NCBI GenBank assembly: GCA_900770025.1
Contig: CAAGIW010000051.1
Coordinates: 9,284 to 73,283, forward strand
Origin: an uncultured Prevotella sp.
Lineage (GTDB): Bacteria > Bacteroidota > Bacteroidia > Bacteroidales > Bacteroidaceae
Length of the DNA stretch: 64,000 nucleotides
Direction of reading: 5' to 3'
The notes beneath the pieces are model-generated. The model saw only the letters and a program-made list of their open reading frames with translations, ran no database searches and was not told where the DNA came from. Positions 9,801 through 17,980 of the stretch are shown one piece after another. The position numbers and the translations under genes were made by a program. Every line of letters begins with the position of its first letter. The stretch's first letter is position 1.

Positions 9801-11311
9801 CCGGTCAGTTTCTTCTGGTTCAGTTTTTCCGGGGTGAGCGTTGTCAAGATTTCCAATCCCTCCTTGGCATACAGTATCTCGCTCCACGCAAGCAGGTTGC
9901 GCATTTTTATTGCCCGGAGCAGCAACGGTTGATTGTTGCCCACACGCAGCAGGCCCTTCGAATATTTGGAATAGAGGAGTATGAAATGCTTGAGATTTTC
10001 GGCGTATTTCTGGAACTCATAGTTGAACAGGGCACGATACAGTATCAGCTGCACCCTGTGCGTCTCCTTGGCCACGGGCACTTCTTGGGATTGGCTGTAG
10101 GGCACAAATTCCCCTTTGCCCGATTTCTGCTCGATGATAGACACGTCCTCCCCCCGCTGATACATAAAGTCAAAACGACCCTGAATGCCCAGCAGCTCAC
10201 TGAAGAACGAAGGTTCGAGCACCACCTCTCTCTTGTCATACTGCCCTATCGCCTGGGGCAGGTAGATGCCAATCAGTTGTTCTATATTGCGCTTCTGTAT
10301 TTTTGCGTCTTCCGTGAACCCTGCATAATCGGCCACCAGCTCACGGCACGCAATCATGTTCAGCACGTTCTTGCCTACAAACGCCTTCAAACTGTCTTCA
10401 AAGGAAATGTCACGATCGTGTATGAGGTCGTCTAAGAATTGGCCGGAAAGATTTCCCAAGTGCACCGGTTTGGTATTTGGACTTGGCTTGATCTTGTTAA
10501 TAAGATTCACAAACGGCGACTCTGCGTATGTTTCAAAGCAACTGGCTATGGTGGTGATGTTCACAAGGAAATCCGGTTCGAGAATGATAAGCTCGGGCAA
10601 ATAAATCTTCCCTCGCTCGTCCTTACGTATGCGGACGAGATTCAGTTGCGCGCCTTTCCACAACACAGTCTTCAGATACGACCAGTCGGCCGTTCCGTCA
10701 AGCGTAAGCATCCTATTGTCCTTGCCATAGCAAATCTGTAGCGTAGTATTGTTTTCTTCCTCCGTCGCCCATATAAAATTGTCGTCCCAACGCTCCACCA
10801 CCACACGCAACACATTCTCGCTGAACTTACCCCATGAGTTTTTTCTGTCTGCACGAGGGAAATATTCCTTTAGAGATTGCGGTATCTCCTCCTTGCCACA
10901 CAGATGATACACCAGCAGTGTCACCGCCTTCAGGTTGTGGGGAAAGAGCCTTGCCAGTTCATCGTCTGTCAGTTCCTGTTCGCTGTTCGGTTTAGGAAAC
11001 AGGTTCTTGCGTGCCTGCTGTATCAGGTTGGCCGTTGCATGGGGAATGCCATGTTCCTTGATGCAGTAATCCACCTTTGAGAAGAATCCCACAAAAGCTA
11101 TCTGACAGTCGCTGATAGCCTGCTCCACCACACGGCGGAACACATTCCTGAGCATATCATACCTATCCTTGGGCGATCTGCCTTCGCTGCAAGAGGTCTC
11201 TATCTGCATGTAGAGGCTCGTGGCAGAATCCAGAATGATGGATTTTCCCTTGCCGGCCTTGATGCCGGCACTGCTGTCCAGATGCTTCCCTGTATATGGT
11301 GTGAGTTTCAT
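6842..11311 (-). CDS. Dna2/NAM7-like PD-(D/E)xK nuclease-SF1 helicase fused to a C-terminal class I SAM-dependent methyltransferase-like domain
   Basis: Nuclease motifs EPSF..GIQGRFD..EQKSGK..QLILY. SF1B motifs GPPGTGKT, VDESSQ, GDHKQLP, QGRMH, TVERYQG, NVAMTRAR. C-terminal IDVGCGPATCG..YTGIDVS. Confidence 0.85.
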   Translation of the reverse strand: MKLTPYTGKHLDSSAGIKAGKGKSIILDSATSLYMQIETSCSEGRSPKDRYDMLRNVFRRVVEQAISDCQIAFVGFFSKVDYCIKEHGIPHATANLIQQARKNLFPKPNSEQELTDDELARLFPHNLKAVTLLVYHLCGKEEIPQSLKEYFPRADRKNSWGKFSENVLRVVVERWDDNFIWATEEENNTTLQICYGKDNRMLTLDGTADWSYLKTVLWKGAQLNLVRIRKDERGKIYLPELIILEPDFLVNITTIASCFETYAESPFVNLINKIKPSPNTKPVHLGNLSGQFLDDLIHDRDISFEDSLKAFVGKNVLNMIACRELVADYAGFTEDAKIQKRNIEQLIGIYLPQAIGQYDKREVVLEPSFFSELLGIQGRFDFMYQRGEDVSIIEQKSGKGEFVPYSQSQEVPVAKETHRVQLILYRALFNYEFQKYAENLKHFILLYSKYSKGLLRVGNNQPLLLRAIKMRNLLAWSEILYAKEGLEILTTLTPEKLNQKKLTGRLWEDHVKPQLSALLAPIANATRLELLYYLRFLRFIENEQLLAKVGNKLKENSGFASIWNDTLEDKKVAGNIYDGLSVDGFVYEDDQEASVSGVRLRFSSPQLDDTTNFRIGDIVILYPYNYDDKTRVPNACAQMVHRASIVDIRKDGIELRLRNSQTDRKVIGNKPEGTLWAIEHDLFDSMTGALYSAMHSFLSAPTPRRELLLLQRPPECDTKIHRKGEYGDFNPLVEHAKQAKDLFLIIGPPGTGKTSFGLVNLLKEELLEKDTNVLLLSYTNRAVDEICSKLVEMRKEHPDFDFVRIGTDLSCAKEYRSYLLSIRVAAMRDGNSVNKLIHSTRVFCGTTAALNSNMSLLQIKHFSLAIVDESSQILEPHLIGLLSAQRDNRCSIARFVLIGDHKQLPAVVQQAPEESFVTEPELNAIHLRDCGMSLFQRLLQQFKTADGYDERFVYMLTKQGRMHKDIAEFPNYAFYGNKLDIVPLDHQQLANHRREGGNGIMAMLTACRISFVAAEPPLFSPSAKTNAVEARMIAATVRAIYELASDSFNPAETVGVIVPYRNQISTVRNEIDKSSIPCLHDITIDTVERYQGSQRDYIIYGFTIQQPYQLNFLTNNVFEEDGLTIDRKLNVAMTRARLNLVLIGNPVLLNENFTFYKLMEFVRSKGGYFDVPVEDYCAGRFRVPESAEVSEADLSQDVFGMNALFAASFGRHVFKAIRQDPRTRWSHIILGNAMDVNMSLINYGRVDFSSPLSVYSRELGRNVAISPDDQVLLYCYYIMRMHYCSAKAIYHSHGGWLSSLAKETNGRIWMIDVGCGPATCGIAFAEQLFSQFPQIHYTGIDVSAAMKAMAEKLLGDATGGHMRMSIVESFDKLDDSYWVSVSEVPNLVVFNMSFFFSNVDSSFTENLANRMIAVMKRHPLNRYVFVIQHSEHDAKIRSFTVFKRLLSQHVAHIKSARTTFRYESGGVSKTIPLCYEIWKVACLPCSVPN

Positions 11312-11369
11312 ATTTTCCGATTATCTTCCTGTGATGACACGACAACAATAGATATTCATGTCATTGATA

Positions 11370-12449
11370 CTAACCTGTTATTGTTTCACCCCAAGGGTTT
11401 TCCTGATGGCTTTTATAATTGTTTGCAGCAGCCTGTTTGCTCGTGTTCGCATAGCAATACTCGCACCCATGAATGCATGTGTTGTATTGACCAATGTCCT
11501 TGCTCTTCATGCAACCACAAAACTCTCGTTGTCCTTTGTCTCTGTTGTCGCCCCTTGTCGCATAATGATTATTATCAAGGATAATGGCATCTTTCGGAAG
11601 CGTTATCGTGTTTGTAAACATATCTCTTGGCGGCATTGTTTTTATCTCAGCCTTTAAAAACTTCATCAATTCTTTATCATGATATGCTCTTTTAATAATC
11701 AGTTCATCATCTACGCAATGATTTAGCTCAACATCATGATACCTTCCTTTCTCTCCACAAGTAGCCAATTGATAGTTCCAGCCTTTTTTGTTATTTAGCG
11801 CAACAAGCCTGCCAGCAAATTCTGTCATCTGCTCTTCCGTCCAGTCTTTATATGGAATGCCATTGGCTTTGAGATTGCTTGCAACTTTACGATAAGTCAG
11901 AATATCAGCAAAACTGAAAACAAGTTTTTCCGTATAACCAGTAAGTTGATCTCCAATCTTTTCAATCTTACTTAACAATTTGTCCATTGTTATGTCATCT
12001 GTCAATACCAATGGATCAAAACGCCATACAACACCTCCTTTACCCAATATATCTACAAGTAGTTTAAATGTATCTATACGTTCAGCCAACGGAGGAACAC
12101 CACGCTCTAACTTCTCCTCTTCATAATCGTTTAATGAATATTGAATATAGCATCCTATACCTCTTGCTTTCAATTCGTCGATATGCTCAAGCAAAGGGCG
12201 AGGATTCTTTGACCAAAATATGACGAATCGAGTCTTTGCATAACTAATATACATCTTCACTCCATTGAATGGATTTGTCCATGCTGAATAACCAACTTTT
12301 AGACGATGAAAAAACCAATCGCAATAGAACGCAGGTATATCAGTGCTTCTGCTTGCAGATACCACAACGGGAGCCACGGCTGGCACCTTGCTACCGTCCT
12401 CTAATACTATCTCCACTTTGTCCTTGCCGTTTTCTATTTGTTTACTCAT
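11370..12449 (-). CDS. DUF1848 family protein (radical-SAM-like, C-terminal CxxxCxxC)
   Basis: SASRSTDIPAFY, IFWSKNP, VVWRFDP and CGC..DIGQYNTCIHGCEYCYAN. Start taken as ATG 12449 (MSKQ; 12455 is an alternative). AT-rich. Confidence 0.85.
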   Translation of the reverse strand: MSKQIENGKDKVEIVLEDGSKVPAVAPVVVSASRSTDIPAFYCDWFFHRLKVGYSAWTNPFNGVKMYISYAKTRFVIFWSKNPRPLLEHIDELKARGIGCYIQYSLNDYEEEKLERGVPPLAERIDTFKLLVDILGKGGVVWRFDPLVLTDDITMDKLLSKIEKIGDQLTGYTEKLVFSFADILTYRKVASNLKANGIPYKDWTEEQMTEFAGRLVALNNKKGWNYQLATCGEKGRYHDVELNHCVDDELIIKRAYHDKELMKFLKAEIKTMPPRDMFTNTITLPKDAIILDNNHYATRGDNRDKGQREFCGCMKSKDIGQYNTCIHGCEYCYANTSKQAAANNYKSHQENPWGETITG

Positions 12450-12760
12450 GGGCATATAAATCCATATTGTGACATCCACACCGTAACATTGACACGGCAA
12501 AAGTAGGCATTTCTTGTCAGAATAACGATACTAAGGCCAGAAATCGTGCATACATACTTGGACGAAGTAGGGAAATACGGGCTCTATGTATCCATGTATT
12601 TATGACGATGGCCTTATCATACCTCCCCAAGGGGGAGGAGATGGACGAATGAAAAAGGAGATGTGATGGAGATGTAAGTGACTGATGATGAATGGATAAC
12701 TGGCGTTCTGAGAAGACACCAAAGGCTCTTTAAATCCCAAGACAATTTGGGGCGTTTTCT

Positions 12761-12892
12761 AAAAGTGGCAGTTTTGCATTCCAAAAGTGGCAGTTTTGCG
12801 TTCCAAAAGTGGCAGTTTTGCATTCCAAAAGTGGCAGTTTTGCATTCCAAAAGTGGCAGTTTTGCATTCCAAAAGTGGCAGTTTTGCAAAAC
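12761..12892 (+). repeat. 22-bp tandem array A (6 units, AAAAGTGGCAGTTTTGCATTCC)
   Basis: Read directly; the last unit ends GCAAAAC. Confidence 0.95.
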
Positions 12893-12975
12893 GGCACTCA
12901 GGAGTTGCATGAATAATGCAGGCAAAAACACAATATTAATCCACTTATTGCGTTTACAAATAAAGCAAGCAAAAA

Positions 12976-14205
12976 ATGACAAACAGAAGAAACATACCCT
13001 TCTCGCCACCTGACATATCTGACAACGAAATAGAAAGAGTGGCAGAGGTGTTGCGCTCCGGCTGGATTACCACCGGTCCTCGCACCAAAGAATTGGAAAC
13101 AAAGATTGCCTCGCTCTGCCATACGGAAAAGGCCGTTTGCCTTAATTCCGCCACGGCGTGCATGGAAAGCATACTGCGCCTTTTGGGGGTGGGGCCTGGA
13201 GACGAGATAATCACCACTGCCTATACCTATACCGCCACGGCCAGTGTGGCTGTGCACGTGGGCGCCACCCTGAAGATTATCGACACCACACCCAATGGTT
13301 TTGAGATGGATTATGACCAGATGGAGGCGGCCATCACCAAACGCACCAAGGTGGTGGTGCCGGTGGATTTGGGCGGCGTGGTGTGCAACTATGACCGCAT
13401 CTTTGAGGCCGTTGGCAACAAGCGCCACCTGTTCAAGCCCTCCAACCCCATACAGCAAGCCATAGGCAGAGTGGTGGTGATGAGCGATGCCGCCCATGCA
13501 CTGGGCGCAACAAGAGGAGGGAGGATGTGCGGAGAAATTGCCGACTTCACCTCTTTTTCGTTCCATGCGGTAAAGAACTTCACCACGGCAGAGGGAGGCG
13601 CACTGACCTGGAGAAGCATCCCAGGCATCAGCAACGAGGACATCTACAGGCAGTTTATGCTGCTGTCTCTGCACGGACAAAGCAAGGACGCTCTGGCCAA
13701 GACACAGATGGGGGCATGGGAATATGACATAGTGGCACCGATGTATAAATGCAACATGACCGACATTATGGCTGCCATAGGCTTGGGACAATTTGAGCGC
13801 TATGCCTCCATGCTGCAAAGGCGGCGGGAAATCATCACCATGTACAACCAGGCTTTTGCCACGCTGCCGATACAGACACTGCCCCACTACACCGGCACGG
13901 CTGCTTCGAGCGGCCACCTGTATATCATGAGGCTGCTGGGGCGCGATTCTGACTTCCGCAACCGTGTGATTGCGCAAATGGCAGAGCGGGGAATTGCCTG
14001 CAACGTGCACTACAAGCCGCTTCCCCTGCTGACCGCCTACAAGAATCTGGGCTTTGACATCAAAGACTATCCCAACGCCTACAACCTGTATGCCAACGAA
14101 ATGACACTGCCCCTGCACACACGGCTGACCGACGACGATGTGCAATATATCACGGAAAACTTCAACGACATCCTCACTCATGCAGATATACAGACACTGC
14201 CTTAA
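12976..14205 (+). CDS. DegT/DnrJ/EryC1/StrS family sugar aminotransferase
   Basis: SGWITTGP, GDEIITTAYTY, SDAAHALG and SFHAVKNFTTAEGG (PLP lysine). Confidence 0.92.
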   Translation: MTNRRNIPFSPPDISDNEIERVAEVLRSGWITTGPRTKELETKIASLCHTEKAVCLNSATACMESILRLLGVGPGDEIITTAYTYTATASVAVHVGATLKIIDTTPNGFEMDYDQMEAAITKRTKVVVPVDLGGVVCNYDRIFEAVGNKRHLFKPSNPIQQAIGRVVVMSDAAHALGATRGGRMCGEIADFTSFSFHAVKNFTTAEGGALTWRSIPGISNEDIYRQFMLLSLHGQSKDALAKTQMGAWEYDIVAPMYKCNMTDIMAAIGLGQFERYASMLQRRREIITMYNQAFATLPIQTLPHYTGTAASSGHLYIMRLLGRDSDFRNRVIAQMAERGIACNVHYKPLPLLTAYKNLGFDIKDYPNAYNLYANEMTLPLHTRLTDDDVQYITENFNDILTHADIQTLP

Positions 14206-14785
14206 AAGGGGTTTTGACATATTGTTCAGCAGCATGGGGCTGCTGATGCTGCTGCCTGTGTTTGCGGTGACAGCCGTATGGATAAAGGCCGACTCCAAGG
14301 GGCCTGTGTTCTACCGGCAGGTGCGGGTGGGACGGCACGGCCAAGGCTTCAGGATATTCAAGTTTCGCTCTATGCGCACCGGCAGCGACAAGGGCAGTCA
14401 GATCACCGTGGGCGAGAGAGATTCGAGAATCACCCGTTCGGGCATCGTCATCCGGAAATACAAGTTGGACGAACTGCCCCAGCTCATCAACGTGTTGGTG
14501 GGCGATATGTCGTTTGTGGGGCCGCGCCCCGAGGTGCCAAAGTATGTGGAGCTATATACAGAGGCACAAAGGCACGTGCTGGACGTGCGCCCGGGAATCA
14601 CCGACATGGCCTCCATGAAATACATCAACGAGAACGAACTGTTGGGCAAGGCAGACAATCCCGAGGAATACTATATCCACACCATCATGCCCGACAAGTT
14701 AGCCATCAACTTGGAATACGTGAAAAACCATTCGTTTGTGAGCGATGTAACCATCATCCTCCAAACCCTATCCAAAATCTTTTAG
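14180..14785 (+). CDS. Bacterial sugar transferase (phosphoglycosyl transferase)
   Basis: KRGFDIL, KFRSM and DELPQLINVLVGDMSFVGPRP; likely start ATG 14180. Confidence 0.92.
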   Translation: MQIYRHCLKRGFDILFSSMGLLMLLPVFAVTAVWIKADSKGPVFYRQVRVGRHGQGFRIFKFRSMRTGSDKGSQITVGERDSRITRSGIVIRKYKLDELPQLINVLVGDMSFVGPRPEVPKYVELYTEAQRHVLDVRPGITDMASMKYINENELLGKADNPEEYYIHTIMPDKLAINLEYVKNHSFVSDVTIILQTLSKIF

Positions 14786-14800
14786 AACCACCTTCATACC

Positions 14801-16729
14801 ATGCGTATATTTAGCAAACTCGTCAGTTGGTATTTCAGTCGCAATGCACTGCCCTACTGGTGCATTCTGGCCACCGACTGCATCATACTGCTGTTTTTCT
14901 ATCTGTTCGGCTACTACTGCTTCTTAGGCGGCGACGGCGTGGTGGAATACTTCTGGCAGAAGTTCGGAATCATCGTGGGGTGCCTCTTCTTCTATCTGAT
15001 AGGCTTCCGCCTGCTTCACACCTACTCCAACGTCATCCGATACTCCTCGTTTGTAGATCTGTATCATATCGCCTTGGCAAACATCATCGGCACGGCCTGC
15101 GTGATTGCCATCCGCCTGATATTCTTGGAACCGGAGAACATCATCTTCCCGGGCTTGCGCATCACGCTGTTTGCATTCTGCTTTGGCACCATGGCGATGT
15201 GGGCGGTGAGGGTGCTGGCCAAGACCCTGTTTGACGTGGTGGACGTGAGCGTGAACGCCAAATGCGTGTATATCTACGGCACCCAGGCGCTGAGCGTGAG
15301 CATCGCTAAGGGCGTGAGAAACCTGCACCCATCCAAATATATCGTGCGGGGATTCATCAACCCCAACGACAAGGAATGCAAGCGGTATCTGGCAGGCCTG
15401 CCCATCTTCCACGTGGATAGCAACTTAGTGAATCGGATGAAGCACGACGACATAGAGGGCATCATCGTGTCGCCCCATGCCACGGTGGAGTTTTGCGCCG
15501 ACCAGGAGTTTGTGAGCGAACTGACCGACAACGGCATCAAACTATACATGATGCCCGACGAGGTGGAATGGGACGGCATGTCGCCCTTTGACCAAAACAT
15601 GGCACTGCACGAGGTGGATGTGGAAGAACTGCTGCCACGCAAGCAGATAACCATCGACATGGAGGCCATCGCCGAGGAACTGCGGGGAAAGACTATCCTG
15701 ATTACGGGTTCGGCCGGAAGCATCGGCAACGAGATTGTGAAACAGATAGCGAGATTCAGCCCCAAGCAACTGGTGCTGATTGACCAAGCCGAAACGCCGC
15801 AGCACGACGTGAGACTGATGATGGGCAACCAATGGAAAGACATCAAGGCCGAAACCATCGTGGCAAGCATCTGCAACCAATCCAAGATGGAGCATATCTT
15901 CAAGGCCTACCGCCCCGACTTTGTTTTCCATGCCGCCGCCTACAAGCACGTGCCCATGATGGAGAACAACCCCAGCGAAAGCATACACAACAACGTGATG
16001 GGAACAAAAATCATTGCCGACTTGGCAGTGAAATACGGCACCCGAAAGTTTGTGATGATATCAACCGACAAGGCTGTGAACCCCACCAACATCATGGGAT
16101 GCTCCAAGCGCATCTGCGAAATATATGTGCAAAGCTTGGACAAGGCAGAAAAAGACGGAGTGGTGAAAGGCAACACACAGTTTGTAACCACCCGCTTCGG
16201 CAACGTGCTGGGTTCCAACGGCTCGGTGATTCCCCTGTTTAAGGAGCAAATCAAGCGAGGAGGCCCCGTCACCGTGACACATCCCGAAATAGTGCGCTAC
16301 TTCATGCTCATCCCCGAAGCCTGCCGACTGGTGCTCGAAGCCGGCGTGAAAGGAGACGGAGGCGAGATATTCGTGTTCGACATGGGCAAACCCGTGAAGA
16401 TAGCCGACTTGGCAAAAAGGATGATAAAACTGAGCGGAGCGAAGAATGTGGAGATTGCATATACCGGATTGCGCGAGGGAGAGAAGCTGTATGAAGAGAC
16501 ACTCACATCGTCGGAAGCCACACTGTCCTCGTTCCACAACAAGATACGCATTGCCAAAGTGCGGGAGATGGATTACGGCAGCGTGAGCACTGCCATAGAC
16601 GAACTCATTGAACTGAGCGAGAGCTATGACGACCTGGTGACTGTGAAAAAGATGAAGGAGATTGTACCCGAGTACAAAAGCAATAATTCCAAGTTCTGTA
16701 TATTGGACAAGGAAACGACCAAACCATGA
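14801..16729 (+). CDS. NDP-sugar 4,6-dehydratase, PglF/CapD family
   Basis: N-terminal TM helices; TGSAGSIG, HAAAYKHVP, STDKAVNP and TRFGNVLGSNGSV. Confidence 0.92.
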   Translation: MRIFSKLVSWYFSRNALPYWCILATDCIILLFFYLFGYYCFLGGDGVVEYFWQKFGIIVGCLFFYLIGFRLLHTYSNVIRYSSFVDLYHIALANIIGTACVIAIRLIFLEPENIIFPGLRITLFAFCFGTMAMWAVRVLAKTLFDVVDVSVNAKCVYIYGTQALSVSIAKGVRNLHPSKYIVRGFINPNDKECKRYLAGLPIFHVDSNLVNRMKHDDIEGIIVSPHATVEFCADQEFVSELTDNGIKLYMMPDEVEWDGMSPFDQNMALHEVDVEELLPRKQITIDMEAIAEELRGKTILITGSAGSIGNEIVKQIARFSPKQLVLIDQAETPQHDVRLMMGNQWKDIKAETIVASICNQSKMEHIFKAYRPDFVFHAAAYKHVPMMENNPSESIHNNVMGTKIIADLAVKYGTRKFVMISTDKAVNPTNIMGCSKRICEIYVQSLDKAEKDGVVKGNTQFVTTRFGNVLGSNGSVIPLFKEQIKRGGPVTVTHPEIVRYFMLIPEACRLVLEAGVKGDGGEIFVFDMGKPVKIADLAKRMIKLSGAKNVEIAYTGLREGEKLYEETLTSSEATLSSFHNKIRIAKVREMDYGSVSTAIDELIELSESYDDLVTVKKMKEIVPEYKSNNSKFCILDKETTKP

Positions 16730-17307
16730 CAAACATTTACAAAAGAGGTTTCGACATTTTCTTCTCTCTGTTGGGCATAGTGTTGCTTTCACCACTGTTT
16801 CTGGTGATATACCTCATCGTCAGGATTACGGAGGGGAGCCCTGTGATATACAGTCAGGAACGTATTGGCCTGCACGGCAAACCCTTTATGATATACAAGT
16901 TCAGAAGCATGGTGAACAATACCGAGGAGAACGGCACGCCCATGCTTGCTGAGGAAGACGACTGCCGGCTGACCCGAACAGGAAGGATGCTGCGTAACAC
17001 CCATCTTGACGAACTGCCACAGTTGTGGAATGTGCTGAAGGGAGACATGAGTTTTGTGGGGCCACGCCCGGAGCGCAAATACTTTATCGACAGGATTATG
17101 GAACACGACAAGCGATATGAAATGCTGTATCGCGTGCGTCCGGGCATCACCTCCAACGCCACCATCTACAACGGCTATACCAACACGATGGAAAAGATGC
17201 TGCGAAGATTAGAGATGGATCTGGACTATCTGAATCACCAGAGCCTCTGGTCAGACATCAGGATTATTGCCAAAACAGTGCTAAGCATTGTGGGCATTGG
17301 GCGATAG
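16726..17307 (+). CDS. Second bacterial sugar transferase
   Basis: KRGFDIFFS, KFRSM and DELPQLWNVLKGDMSFVGPRP. Confidence 0.92.
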   Translation: MTNIYKRGFDIFFSLLGIVLLSPLFLVIYLIVRITEGSPVIYSQERIGLHGKPFMIYKFRSMVNNTEENGTPMLAEEDDCRLTRTGRMLRNTHLDELPQLWNVLKGDMSFVGPRPERKYFIDRIMEHDKRYEMLYRVRPGITSNATIYNGYTNTMEKMLRRLEMDLDYLNHQSLWSDIRIIAKTVLSIVGIGR

Positions 17308-17922
17308 ATGCCGATAGATTTCCTGCGTCCAGTCATCGCCGTTGACCGGACAAAACGTGTGGATGCCCACCTGACTGGCAGCTGCCACATTGCGAGGGCC
17401 ATCGTCCACAAACAAGGTGTGTTGAGGAAGAATCTGCTCTTGCATCAACACATGCCTGAAGAACCTCTCATCGGGTTTCATCATGCCACATTGGTAACTG
17501 GTGTAGCACACATCCATATAGGATGCCAAGGAATGTCCGTTGCCGTCAAAACGGTTGCTCATCACCCACCCCATCATAAAAGGATTGGTATTGGAAAGCA
17601 ATATCAAACGGTAGCCCTCGGCACGCAATCTTTCCAGTGCCTTCAGATTGCGCTGAGGCAATTCGGCACAATAACCCATCCAGGCATACTCGCATTGCGC
17701 ATACGTCAACTCTTTGCCCACCAGCAAGCTCAGTTCCTTACGAAACTCTTCAGCACTGATTTCTCCCATTTCCAATGCACCGAATATTCCGCTCTGCGTA
17801 TAAGCGTCTAAGCGAGAGGAGGCATCCTTCAAGCCAAGTTCTTCAAAGCGGCGCACTGCCTGTGCATGATCCAAGGTGAGGATGACACCTCCCAAATCAA
17901 AAATAATATTCTTTATCGTCAT
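17281..17922 (-). CDS. HAD-family phosphatase (YihX-like)
   Basis: IFDLGGV, LLSNTN, KP and FVDD motifs; start reassigned to ATG 17922 (MTIKN). Confidence 0.88.
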   Translation of the reverse strand: MTIKNIIFDLGGVILTLDHAQAVRRFEELGLKDASSRLDAYTQSGIFGALEMGEISAEEFRKELSLLVGKELTYAQCEYAWMGYCAELPQRNLKALERLRAEGYRLILLSNTNPFMMGWVMSNRFDGNGHSLASYMDVCYTSYQCGMMKPDERFFRHVLMQEQILPQHTLFVDDGPRNVAAASQVGIHTFCPVNGDDWTQEIYRHLSPNAHNA

Positions 17923-17980
17923 ATATGTTCTTTCAAATAGATTGATGCAGGGCCCTACAAAACTTGAAACCCTGGGTCTG

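Noticed and set aside
9149..10435. Long antisense ORFs (e.g. 9149..10435, 12898..14298, 18734..19960, 38731..39762, 45615..46718)
   Set aside because: They are shadows of well-supported genes on the opposite strand and have no recognisable motifs.
12761..12892. 22-bp arrays as CRISPR arrays
   Set aside because: Units are contiguous, with only 7-nt cores that repeat. There are no unique 25-45-nt spacers and no cas operon; the Cas4-like fold nearby is part of a helicase fusion.
12617..13013. ORFs spanning the repeat arrays (also 36397..36837 and 55279..55707)
   Set aside because: Their periodic peptides (LHSKSGSFAFQKWQF) appear in several frames on both strands, an artefact of a largely stop-free 22-mer.
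14180..14194. Identical first 15 nt (ATGCAGATATACAGA) of the sugar transferase and hisD
   Set aside because: The similarity does not extend further; most likely coincidence.
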